64,000 bases of DNA from a virus (Duplodnaviria > Heunggongvirae > Uroviricota > Caudoviricetes), in the IMG/VR virus record IMGVR_UViG_3300049044_000033, positions 64,001 through 128,000 of that record; one strand, 5' to 3'. The notes under the pieces are model-generated. The model ran no database searches and was not told the DNA's origin. It was given only the letters and a program-made list of their open reading frames with translations. The position numbers and the translations under genes were made by a program. Positions 29,347 through 38,573 of this stretch are shown here, piece after piece (positions within the stretch are counted from its first letter, which is position 1; every line of letters begins with the position of its first letter).

Positions 29347-30834
29347 CTATTTGTTTACGCGATTGAAAATAATGGCTCGATGGATGCCGTTAAGCTTATT
29401 ATCGTTGATCTTTTCGGCCGTGATCTTTGACGTCCAATCAGCAACCTTGTTGGCTCTCGCTTGCTCAGTCTTCCTCTTGAGCAAGAACTGCTCAGCTTCC
29501 TCGGCTGAGTTGAACCCCGCTACTGTGTTGTCAACTTCGACCATAACGAACTGTTTGGTCTCGAAAGCCTTTACTTTATCGTCAGGGCAGGGAATACCAT
29601 TCTGACGACAGATATAGTCGACAAGATCCTTAATCGTATTGAAGGCAAAGAGGTCTGGGATAGATGCCTTGAATTCATTTTCAAGTATCATCGTTACTTC
29701 CATCTCATCCTCATTTGAGATGTAGAGATCCTTCAGGGAGAAGGTAACGTCAATTTCTTCATAAAGGATTGATTCAAAATGGAAGCTCACACTGTGGTAA
29801 ATATCGTCCCAAGTTGCCTTGATTACTTTGAAAGACTTGCGTGACTTGGGTAGAGGATCAATGCCAGCCAATTTAGCAATTGCATCAATGTCGTCATCAT
29901 CGTCATCGTCAGCTTCCCATTCCTCAAAGTCATCAAATGGATCGACAACCTTCTCTTCTTTCTTAGGAGGAGCGAGCAAACTTTGAGCCACAATATCATC
30001 GGCTTCAAGCTGACGAAGGTGTCGCATTGCAGCGGGCTGATAATTCACAGGAGGTGACCACCATTCAGGTGCTGGGAGAGGCTCGGCGAGGGGACCATTG
30101 GGGTTGAGGAAGAATGCCTCAGGGTTCATCCAATACAGATCGTTCTGTTGACGCTGCTGCTCGACAGTCCAGAGGCTATTCGTGATCTTAAGAGGACCTT
30201 GCTCCTCTAGTTCTCGAGCAACCCGCTGCTCACTGGTCTGAATGAGTTGGAGTTTCTTTTCCATCTCTCCTTGGTTCTTTTGGTATTCGGTAATTTGATC
30301 CTGTAGGCGAACGTCCTTCACCATCTGTCGATTTACTGCTACCCACCACATCTTGCCCAAAGTGGTTATAAGACCATCACGACTCAAATCCACATCAGTG
30401 TAGTAGTCGACGATCTCCTTTTCGGAATTTGGCATAACTGTTGCCAAATTTTTAGACTTTTGAACCACATAACAGGCTTGTAGATTATTGCGTAATTCTA
30501 CGCCTTGCTCAGTGAGCAGATAGTATTGGTTTTCAAAAATAAAAACCAACTTCTTCTGTAAAAGAGTAACGATGTCATTTGTGTGAGCATCAGGCCAAAG
30601 CGGATCTACATCCTTATAGAGCTTGAACCCATTTATCCACTTGCCGTTTTTGCTGCTAATGAGTTTGGCTGATTCGGCTGTGCGGATAAGATCCACTTGC
30701 CATTCCGATAGACCATGGCGTTCGTCGAGAACCTTGAGGGCGCCTTCCCACTTTCGGCCTCGGATCAAATCAGCAGGCGACATCCTGTTTTCTCTTATGT
30801 CCCTGCGGACTGCTTCTGCGCCACCAAAAATCAT
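29347..30834 (-). CDS. 495-aa multidomain protein with a degenerate acyl-carrier-protein-like domain
   Basis: DLYISNEDEMEVTMILENEFKASIPD..TIKDLVDYI aligns to ACP helices II-IV; acidic linker; coiled coil. Confidence 0.7.
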   Translation of the reverse strand: MIFGGAEAVRRDIRENRMSPADLIRGRKWEGALKVLDERHGLSEWQVDLIRTAESAKLISSKNGKWINGFKLYKDVDPLWPDAHTNDIVTLLQKKLVFIFENQYYLLTEQGVELRNNLQACYVVQKSKNLATVMPNSEKEIVDYYTDVDLSRDGLITTLGKMWWVAVNRQMVKDVRLQDQITEYQKNQGEMEKKLQLIQTSEQRVARELEEQGPLKITNSLWTVEQQRQQNDLYWMNPEAFFLNPNGPLAEPLPAPEWWSPPVNYQPAAMRHLRQLEADDIVAQSLLAPPKKEEKVVDPFDDFEEWEADDDDDDDIDAIAKLAGIDPLPKSRKSFKVIKATWDDIYHSVSFHFESILYEEIDVTFSLKDLYISNEDEMEVTMILENEFKASIPDLFAFNTIKDLVDYICRQNGIPCPDDKVKAFETKQFVMVEVDNTVAGFNSAEEAEQFLLKRKTEQARANKVADWTSKITAEKINDNKLNGIHRAIIFNRVNK

Positions 30835-30864
30835 GCTGTGAAACTAACATGAGATAGGTGATTG

Positions 30865-31530
30865 TCAACTGAAGAACACGAGTTCCAACCTAGGAACTAG
30901 ATCTTCTTGGCCAATGCTGCGGATCAGTTCAATGACCTTTGCCTCAACACCCTGATATTTAGAATGCAGAACGCTCACAACGCGCTCTCCGGTCACGGGT
31001 GCCTCAGTTAGCCGGACGATGGAATCTTGTGGAAACTTGCAGATACCTGCTCTGCAGAGCGACCAAGCTGCCGAGAGGATCGCGCAAGTGTGTTCCTCAT
31101 CTCCATTATCAAAGACGTTCTTCAAGCCAATCTTTGACCCACTATCAGTGATAAAGCTCAACACTTTCTTGTTAGCTTTGCGGATAGTCTCCCAAACTAA
31201 TCGGCTGCTAGGAAGCTCGCTGATAATAAAGTCAGCCACTGGTCCGAGACGACCCTCAAAGACCACGTGGTCGGGAGCAAGACCACGACGCAGGATACAC
31301 CGGATAAACTCATTCACATCCAATGTATTCTCTTTTACGTGTAGATCGTCAATGAGGATTGCCGCCACCACTAAGCTATCAGGATTACTCTCGCGATCGA
31401 GATAGCCCTTCATGACGCTCAGACTTTCATGCTGCTCGTCACCCCATATCTCATCAGCGTAGATGTGGGCAAACTCCACAAACATCTCCGGGGTGGGAAG
31501 ATTGGGATTATCGGGAAGATGACAGCCCAT
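30865..31530 (-). CDS. HUP-fold-like protein resembling the SCO2522 family
   Basis: VEFAHIY, ILIDD, CAILSAAWSLCRAG, SVLHSKYQGVE motif series (family recalled, not searched). Confidence 0.45.
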   Translation of the reverse strand: MGCHLPDNPNLPTPEMFVEFAHIYADEIWGDEQHESLSVMKGYLDRESNPDSLVVAAILIDDLHVKENTLDVNEFIRCILRRGLAPDHVVFEGRLGPVADFIISELPSSRLVWETIRKANKKVLSFITDSGSKIGLKNVFDNGDEEHTCAILSAAWSLCRAGICKFPQDSIVRLTEAPVTGERVVSVLHSKYQGVEAKVIELIRSIGQEDLVPRLELVFFS

Positions 31531-31820
31531 CAGGGACGAAACTCCAGCTTCACTGTGCTATCAGACCATGTGAGTTTGAACAGCATTGCGTCCTGTTTGT
31601 CCTGAATGAACACTGGTATGGAAATACCTGACGGGACGTTATTTGCAAGGGCCCACTTGCCTTTGACATGTAGCTTCAACCAATCGAGAATGGCAGAATT
31701 GTCAATTGCTTCAGCGCGCAACTTTTGTCGATTATAGAAATGACCACCAGGCATGCGGAAGGTGTACCAATCCAAGCACCCCATGGACCACTTAACCGGC
31801 TCACTCACTGACCACCCCAA
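31530..31820 (-). CDS. family B small protein (DAxxFKLxW)
   Basis: IQDKQDAMLFKLTWS. Confidence 0.7.
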   Translation of the reverse strand: MGWSVSEPVKWSMGCLDWYTFRMPGGHFYNRQKLRAEAIDNSAILDWLKLHVKGKWALANNVPSGISIPVFIQDKQDAMLFKLTWSDSTVKLEFRP

Positions 31821-32074
31821 CGAAGCTTAAACGTCATCGCATCTTGCTTGTCTTTGATGTAAAAGGTGACCTTGACAAAATCAACTCTAAAAGTCCACTG
31901 TCCCTTTAGGTTATCGTTACACCAGCGACCTGCATCTCTCCCTCGTTCCCGAGGTTCGATCACGAAGGTATGCCAAGCGGCGTGGCCAAACTTATTGCCC
32001 TCAATCCTCAGGAGATCAACGAGTGGGCCGGCAGGAGTGGGAAGGCTCAATGGACCGTGTCTCCATGTTCCCAC
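31805..32074 (-). CDS. family B small protein (DAxxFKLxW)
   Basis: IKDKQDAMTFKLRWG. Confidence 0.7.
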   Translation of the reverse strand: MGTWRHGPLSLPTPAGPLVDLLRIEGNKFGHAAWHTFVIEPRERGRDAGRWCNDNLKGQWTFRVDFVKVTFYIKDKQDAMTFKLRWGGQ

Positions 32075-32430
32075 GCTTCAACAACGGGGAGGGGTGAGAA
32101 GCGACGCTTCAATTCTGCGTCATGAGCTGCCTTGGCTTGGCGTTCTGCGTTCTCGCGCTCCCAAGCTTCGTTGTCCCGACGCTCCTTCTCGTCGTAATAG
32201 TGAGACCAGCTGCGGTACTCGATACCGTCGCGTTCGCTGCGAGCCTTGAGGACAGCGGCTTCACGCTCCAGTTCCTCATTCATGGCCTCCTCATAGTTGT
32301 TCATGAAGAAGACCTGAGCCTCCGGAGTAGTGGGGCAAGCCGAACGAGTGCCATAGAGGCTCTTGGCGAGGTCGGAAATGATATCCTGGACTTCGTGGAT
32401 GTTTTCCAGCGTATAAAGATACTTGGTCAT
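32047..32430 (-). CDS. hypothetical protein
   Basis: ISDLAKSLYGTR; promoter module. Confidence 0.7.
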   Translation of the reverse strand: MTKYLYTLENIHEVQDIISDLAKSLYGTRSACPTTPEAQVFFMNNYEEAMNEELEREAAVLKARSERDGIEYRSWSHYYDEKERRDNEAWERENAERQAKAAHDAELKRRFSPLPVVEAWEHGDTVH

Positions 32431-32783
32431 TTTCCGATCCCTCTTTGTTGCTGCCTATGTTCCAGTTTTAGCACATAGGTGGATAGCGTCAACCAGAATT
32501 TTGAACTTTTCCATTTGGGAAGAGTAGCTGAAGTTTAGTGCGAACCTTGCCGTGCTCATCTGAAATGCGACGATACGTTTCGCCGTTTTTGACGGAACGA
32601 TTCTTCACAAATTTGATGCGAGCTATTTCCCTACGGATAGCAAGTCGTTGCCTCAGCGATTCGAGTTCATTGAAGTCATTTGTCAGCTTCAGCTGATTGA
32701 GAAAACGCTGGGATGGCAAATGACTCACTGGGTCCTCCTCGGTTATTCACCTGTCTAACATTTCGGTGAGGTTTGTCAACCAA

Positions 32784-32812
32784 AGAAAAACCCGATCCGA
32801 AGACCGGGTTTC
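32784..32812 (-). terminator. intrinsic terminator
   Basis: AACCCGGUC-UUCG-GAUCGGGUU then U tract. Confidence 0.8.
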
Positions 32813-32833
32813 TAAGCGACCGTCGAGTCGAGA

Positions 32834-33466
32834 TTACTTGGGATTCGTCGGTACCGGAATAGCCTGCTGAAGCTGAGGTTCACCCGGCGTCTGCGAGGGA
32901 TCAACGAACGGTTCGGCCGATGCGTTCATGAACTTTGTCCGATTGGGCAACCGAGCATCAGGAGCCAAGCTACCGTCGGCTAGCTTGTAACGGCCCTTGT
33001 TATTGCTACCAGGGCAAGCAAAGCCAGTGGCCGCGAAGAATGCGTCAGCGTTCACGGGATTGCGAGGGTTAGTGTCCTGACACATACGCGCAACAGCAAC
33101 GCTACTCAGACCCATTGTGTGCCATGCTGCTGCGTCACTGCGACGGGTGCAGGCTTCGTCTGATCGACCAAGGTTCAGAGAGAACCCGATAGGACCACCG
33201 GCAGCACCGCCGCCTGTACCGACGAGACAAGGATTGGTACCGCCGAAATAGCTGCCTGCGACGCTCGGCGTAGTCCAAGTGTGGCCGCTATAGTCGATGT
33301 CATTGCGCTGGGGCCCGGTCGGACCTTGCGCGACAGCAACGACATTCACTGTATTGGCTGCATCCGCGTTAGCCGTCTGCTGACCAGTTGCACCCGTAGT
33401 TGTTTGAGCTGCTACTGGCTGCGCAATGCCAACGCCAATAAGCAAAAAGATAGCGAGCCTCTTCAT
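32834..33466 (-). CDS. exported Cys-containing protein
   Basis: Signal peptide (VAA/Q); NPC..G-rich..DEACTR..AVARMCQD. Confidence 0.75.
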   Translation of the reverse strand: MKRLAIFLLIGVGIAQPVAAQTTTGATGQQTANADAANTVNVVAVAQGPTGPQRNDIDYSGHTWTTPSVAGSYFGGTNPCLVGTGGGAAGGPIGFSLNLGRSDEACTRRSDAAAWHTMGLSSVAVARMCQDTNPRNPVNADAFFAATGFACPGSNNKGRYKLADGSLAPDARLPNRTKFMNASAEPFVDPSQTPGEPQLQQAIPVPTNPK

Positions 33467-33490
33467 GAGATACCCTTTCCCGTTTTAGCT

Positions 33491-33524
33491 GAAAAATAAA
33501 GGGGTGGATAATTCCACCCCTTTA
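33491..33524 (-). terminator. intrinsic terminator between the two exported genes
   Basis: ataaaggggtgga / tccacccctttat. Confidence 0.75.
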
Positions 33525-33533
33525 TCGAGAACC

Positions 33534-34058
33534 TTAGTTCTCGAAGCCGAACGTACCAAACACGCCCTGGCCGGAGAAGTTGACGTTCGCAGCCTGAGCC
33601 TGATTTTCCGAGAACTCGAAGGAGTTTTCACGGCTGTAGTCGAACGTGAACGAGTTGGTGAACTCGCTCTGGCCGAAGTTCACGACCTGGCCAGTCAGCG
33701 AACCATTGCCCTGAACTGCGCCGTTCAGATCCATGTCGTTGCCGCTCAGGCTGTAAGCAGCATTGCCCAGGCTACCTGCGAGCGAACCCGCAATGCCAGT
33801 CATATGAAGCTGAGCAGCTGAAGCGCCGGCGCCGAGGGTCAGGTCACCCACGAAACCGCTGCCCGAAGCAGCTGACAGAGTGTTGTCGATGGAAACGTCC
33901 AGCGTGGTCGAGTTCACGACATCGAGGCTGGTATTTGCCGAAGTGGCGAGATTGCCATTCAGGTTGCCGATACCGATGGCGCCAACGCCGGTCTGAGCCA
34001 GTGCAGGGGTTGCCATTGAGGCAGTCGCCAGGATGGCGATAAGTGCGAGCTTGCGCAT
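33534..34058 (-). CDS. exported G/S/N/A-rich protein (fibre/curlin-like composition)
   Basis: Signal peptide (ALA/Q); low complexity; strongly C-ending codons. Confidence 0.75.
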   Translation of the reverse strand: MRKLALIAILATASMATPALAQTGVGAIGIGNLNGNLATSANTSLDVVNSTTLDVSIDNTLSAASGSGFVGDLTLGAGASAAQLHMTGIAGSLAGSLGNAAYSLSGNDMDLNGAVQGNGSLTGQVVNFGQSEFTNSFTFDYSRENSFEFSENQAQAANVNFSGQGVFGTFGFEN

Positions 34059-34103
34059 GTTCGATCTACTCCTTGAACCGTTCACAGGTTGTTGTGAACG
34101 CCG

Positions 34104-34134
34104 TTAAAGTTATATTAATGTCGAAGGTCGTCAA
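34104..34134 (-). promoter_or_regulatory. promoter with CtrA-box match overlapping the -10
   Basis: Minus strand TTGACG..TTAA-TATAACT-TTAAC (34104-34118); extra GTTAAC half-sites upstream. Confidence 0.55.
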
Positions 34135-34212
34135 CAAGTTTCAGCAAGTTAACTATAATCTTTTGGCGTTAACTTTAAGAAACCTACGTAAACTGCGACT
34201 TCGCTGTAATGG

Positions 34213-34245
34213 AAAAAGCCTCGGGATCTTTCACCCGAGGCTTTA
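34213..34245 (-). terminator. intrinsic terminator
   Basis: aaagcctcggg / cccgaggcttt followed by a U tract. Confidence 0.75.
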
Positions 34246-34265
34246 TTTCTAACCTACGTTATAGG

Positions 34266-34697
34266 TTAAGCTGTGGCCATTTCCACATAGCTCATATCAA
34301 CCTCAGGCTCCTCGCTGACCGGTTCCTTGTTGGGGTCGGTAAATTTGATCCAGAACTCCAAGGGGAAATTGTTTTCGTTGACCATGCGTTCGCTAACGAT
34401 AAAGCCCGGCGAGCAAGGGCACATGGAACAGCCTGCGTAGGACGAGAAGCGCAGCTTGCCCTCAAACTGCGGGTAGGTCTGCTCGATCATCTTGCGCGCT
34501 GCGTTGATCTGCTTCCGGAACGACAAGCCCTCAAAAGCCTCGTCCTCGATCCGAATGTAAATGCGAGAGGGTTTAATCCATTCGCGGTGTAAAGCGCGAC
34601 GATCGTAGGCCGTAGTAGCAGTCCGTGGGGCTTGGCGGGCGCTCTGCGTGATGGTAACATTGAACGTACCGAACTTCGTTTCGCAAACCTGACACAT
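34266..34697 (-). CDS. conserved phage hypothetical protein
   Basis: YAGCSMCPCSPGF motif; RBS module. Confidence 0.75.
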   Translation of the reverse strand: MCQVCETKFGTFNVTITQSARQAPRTATTAYDRRALHREWIKPSRIYIRIEDEAFEGLSFRKQINAARKMIEQTYPQFEGKLRFSSYAGCSMCPCSPGFIVSERMVNENNFPLEFWIKFTDPNKEPVSEEPEVDMSYVEMATA

Positions 34698-34764
34698 GCT
34701 CGATCTCCTGTGCTGCATTTCGTGTTTCCACTTTAGCAGAATAGGTGAATGCGTCAACCTCTTT

Positions 34765-36462
34765 TTAGACGCCGGCTGCTTCCAGGAGCATTTTGAGGTA
34801 ATATTCACAAAAGGACTCAACAGTTTCCTGACTTCCAAAACCCAAGTAATTGGCAAGGTCTTGGAAGCCAAAGTTACAATTTTGAATCTTAATATTAGAC
34901 CCTTTGAAGAACTTGATGTTGGCTTGCCAGATCACCCGGCTAAGTTCCATCTCAACCTCAGCGGGAACCTTTGCTCTAGCGCGCAGACTCACAAAGGGCA
35001 TCAAATAAGGAACCCTCATCATTCTGCCTTCGAGAATAACACTCAAGCCACCATAACTTGATCCAACAAGGAAGTCCCGCAGATCCACAACATCAAAATA
35101 CTCTGTGCCTGCATATTCACCAAAGTCGGAAAGAATTACCTGATCGGTAATCTTCACTTCAGGTGGTAGGTTTTCAGTAATGGCGCGAATAGTATCGCCC
35201 GTTACAGTGTCGTCCTCGACTAGCACATATTCGCCCGCAGGGACCCGAGAGAGCTGTGTCTCGAGGTCAGGGTGACCAGCACGTTGCGCGCGGAGCAAGG
35301 GCTTAAATTGAGCGTTGTAGGGTTCGAAGTAACGCGTCATATCAATATGATAATGACCTTCGAAGAACGGATCCAAAGAGATTGTCTTCCGCTGTCCGAT
35401 GACCTCGCGAGCTTTGATTCGCTGATCGCTGACATTCATCAAGCAGACTTTGCTCTTTAGACCGGCGTTTTTAAACAACTGGGCAAAGCCAAGTCGAACC
35501 GCAGATTGGAATTGAACCCGACGCCTCGTTAGCTCTTCCTTGTCAAGCTCAATTGCCCATCCTGCGATCGCAAAGTTCTCCTCATTGCGAATCAAGTAGG
35601 GCAGCTCAGTTGTGTTGGGCTTTTGCCAGTTCTCGAGATAATCCCGAACCCTGGGATCCAAATGATCGTGATGACCTTCGCGAGCCATCTTACTCGACAG
35701 TGAGGTTCGTTCGATCATTATCGAATTATTGGGAAGAGCCTTGCCGAAACCTTCATTGTCTGAACCGTAGACGTAGAAAATTTCTACCCATTCATATTTT
35801 AAACAACTATAGAGGTAGTCGAAGATTGCCGTGAAGTTGATTTCAGAGGGCATGTAGCGAGCAGCCCACGGATCGCATTCCAGCCAGTTACTGTCTTGGA
35901 CGGCTAGCTCAACCATTGCACAACGATGTTCCGCAGGGATAGCAGCAGTGCCGCCATACTTTTGTCCCACATAACTATCATGCCCAGGGCAGAAAAACCC
36001 ACCCACTACGTCGTAGCCCTTGTCTTCCATGATCCTCTTGGCCTCTTCCATCATTTCGATGTGACCATTGTGGATCGGAGCCATACCACCTGTCGTGAAG
36101 AGTACCGCCCTTGGCTTAGAAGAGCCCGCTTTGATGTTTTTGTGGACTTTGCCGAAAGGTGTCACCGTCGTCCGAAGATTGTTAGACTTATATTCGGAGG
36201 GAAGCTTAGGTAGACCATCATCGAAGAACCCTGCATCAAAGAGGGCTTTGGTCGACCTTGTCTCTTTGTAGACTGCGTTGTAGTGACGATCACTCAATGC
36301 CTTCCAAGCATAACGCTGGTCCTTAGACATTCCAGTTTTCCGAAGATCATATCCAAGGAAGATGGCTTCCGTCTGTGAAACATCCTCTCCTACCCCGAGG
36401 ATCTCATAGAGGTCACCCTCGGGGCGGTGCATCGTTATGCCGCAGGCGTAAGTGTCTGTCAT
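34765..36462 (-). CDS. fusion protein: degenerate J-like domain + NMNAT/NadD-type adenylyltransferase + type I PRTase domain
   Basis: DLYEILGV..AWKALSD; GGMAPIHNGH (HxGH), VVGGFFCPGHDSY, YVYGSD, SSKMAR; VLVEDDTVTGDT. Confidence 0.8.
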   Translation of the reverse strand: MTDTYACGITMHRPEGDLYEILGVGEDVSQTEAIFLGYDLRKTGMSKDQRYAWKALSDRHYNAVYKETRSTKALFDAGFFDDGLPKLPSEYKSNNLRTTVTPFGKVHKNIKAGSSKPRAVLFTTGGMAPIHNGHIEMMEEAKRIMEDKGYDVVGGFFCPGHDSYVGQKYGGTAAIPAEHRCAMVELAVQDSNWLECDPWAARYMPSEINFTAIFDYLYSCLKYEWVEIFYVYGSDNEGFGKALPNNSIMIERTSLSSKMAREGHHDHLDPRVRDYLENWQKPNTTELPYLIRNEENFAIAGWAIELDKEELTRRRVQFQSAVRLGFAQLFKNAGLKSKVCLMNVSDQRIKAREVIGQRKTISLDPFFEGHYHIDMTRYFEPYNAQFKPLLRAQRAGHPDLETQLSRVPAGEYVLVEDDTVTGDTIRAITENLPPEVKITDQVILSDFGEYAGTEYFDVVDLRDFLVGSSYGGLSVILEGRMMRVPYLMPFVSLRARAKVPAEVEMELSRVIWQANIKFFKGSNIKIQNCNFGFQDLANYLGFGSQETVESFCEYYLKMLLEAAGV

Positions 36463-36932
36463 ATCACCACTTTACAGGAAGTTGGACGACAGTCAAGCCT
36501 TGGCTTTGGCTTCTTCAGACTTAAAGCCCGCTGCCCAGTTCTTACCGGCGAGGCTTTCCCCATAGGGATTGGATTCGAGATCACGACCGTTAAGGAAGGC
36601 CGCACGACCTTCAGCAGTCGAGGCGCAAAAATTCTGCGATACTTCCCAGATGGGCTTGCTCATAACTGATCTCCTGTTGTTTCCTATATCACCACTTTAA
36701 AGGAAATAGGTGAGCAGTCAAGCGTTTTCTTCGCATTCTTTCTGACACTTGCACTCGCAGGCTTCCGAGATTGTCGGGGCGAGCAGCAAAGCCACAAAGA
36801 GGAACCAACCCCAACCTGGGCCGTTAATAATGGCAAGAATTGCCGCTGCTATGAGGCAGAAGCTGACTGGCAAGAAGGCAAGGAACTTGGTCATAAAGCC
36901 ACTTTATAGCCCTATGACCAAGTTGTCATTAT

Positions 36933-37499
36933 TCAGCCGACGATGAGCTTGGTATAGAGTTGCGTGAACTTTTCGAAGGACGGAACTTCCTTCGTATCGA
37001 AATTGACGGGGCGCCCTTCGCTCGGAGTCAGGATTGCCCGAACGTAATGGACCATAGAGTCAATGTCGCCCTTATCGTTCAGGACGAATGCCTGTTGGAA
37101 AAATTCCTCAACAGTTGCGCCACTTGCTTTGCCGTCATTCTGAGCAGCCTCGTCCTTGATCTTTGCGACCAATGCCTCGATGTCGGCGTATTTGATGCGG
37201 CGCTTTGCTTGACGGAAACCATAGGCCGCGCCGAGCGTGATGACGTTGCTGGCGACCAGCTTGATACCTTTGGACGAGAAGAGATCGTCTGTTGCTTGCT
37301 CAACTGCCGAGAGTTTCAGCTGGTCAATATTGTCGCAGTTCACACTGGCGTAGAAGTTATCAGACTCTTGAGCAAGCTCTTCGCCGACGTTGATGCCGGC
37401 TTGCAGGATTTCCACGACCGTTTCGCCAAATGGGCGACCTTGGATCACACCTTCGATGAGAGTCTGCCGGGCATTATCAGTCTCGCGTCCAATAGTCAT
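36933..37499 (-). CDS. hypothetical protein
   Basis: RBS module. Confidence 0.75.
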   Translation of the reverse strand: MTIGRETDNARQTLIEGVIQGRPFGETVVEILQAGINVGEELAQESDNFYASVNCDNIDQLKLSAVEQATDDLFSSKGIKLVASNVITLGAAYGFRQAKRRIKYADIEALVAKIKDEAAQNDGKASGATVEEFFQQAFVLNDKGDIDSMVHYVRAILTPSEGRPVNFDTKEVPSFEKFTQLYTKLIVG

Positions 37500-37560
37500 T
37501 TTCGATCTCCTTGTTGCCTATGTGTCAGTTCTAACACATAGGCAGCTTGCGTCAACCAGT

Positions 37561-38242
37561 TTAATCCTGGAGGGCTTTCATCATCAGCTCATAGAGTCGA
37601 GCCTGGGGCGTATCAGGGTAAGCAAGATTCACTGCCATCCCGCAACGGCCAGTGGTGTGGCACATTGCTGACCAGAGAGCCGTGTGGAGCATTATCTCGC
37701 CTTCTTTGCGCTCTTCTTCGGAAGGGTTAAAGGCCTTCCCACCACGCTGAAGTTCAGCATAGAGGTTGGTCAGTTCTTCACGCTCTTCGCGGGTCAGGCT
37801 CAAAGTTTCCTCCATATGTTGAGACCCTTGCGAGTCAGCTCAAGATGAGCACCGGGTTTGTCTCCACTTATTGTCCAGTGGATCAGACCAGCAGCAACTA
37901 GTCGATCAATTCGATAAGCAAAGAAGGGCTTCCAGCTTTTAACGTGGAAGCCCTTGCGGGGCTTCACACGCCGGAACAATTCTATGTCCTTGCTGCTGAG
38001 CATTAAAGCACCTTAGTGCCATCGGGATGAGTCCAAAGCGACCGAACCTTGCCACGAACGCGGGCAACTTCGTCGGCCATATCCTGGTCGCCCAGCATGG
38101 AAAACAGGTCGTGATCCTGCTCACCGTCCAAGACATTGCAGAGTGCGTTGATCAGATCCTGAACCGACACATCAATTTCGTTGCCGTTCGAATCAACAAG
38201 AACCGCCTTCGTGGGGTTTGAAATATTGTAAATGATGGACAT
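37561..38242 (-). CDS. three coupled small hypothetical genes (37561-37815, 37800-38003, 38003-38242)
   Basis: Overlapping start/stop codons after one promoter module. Confidence 0.6.
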
Positions 38243-38573
38243 GTTTCGATCTCCTGTTTGCTTTGTCGGTAATCTGGTTATAAAGCCTACATTAGAGGAG
38301 TCAACCAGTTTTCCAGAAATTAGGCCTGCGACAATTCCATGCAGATTTCAGTGAGACCATCGATGCGACGCTTACAAGTGTCATATGCTGCCTGGTTGCA
38401 GAGCACTGCGCTGGTTTTCTGAAGTTTCCGCTCAATACGCAGCATCGAGCGCGCCATTTCGAGATCAGCAGCTTTTTGTTCCGCCTTCATCTGTTCGGTA
38501 AAACTCATTTTCGATCTCCTGTTTGCTTCTGTTATCCAGACTTTAGCAGAACTGGTGAATGAATCAACCAGTT

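Noticed and set aside
36230-36420. Functional DnaJ co-chaperone domain
   Set aside because: HPD motif and much of helices II/III are missing; kept only as a J-like remnant
1278-38566. CcrM GANTC sites overlapping about ten -35 boxes (TTGACTC)
   Set aside because: GAC is already fixed by the -35 consensus, so the match arises easily, and the context does not fit the GcrA-preferred motif; would need an enrichment test
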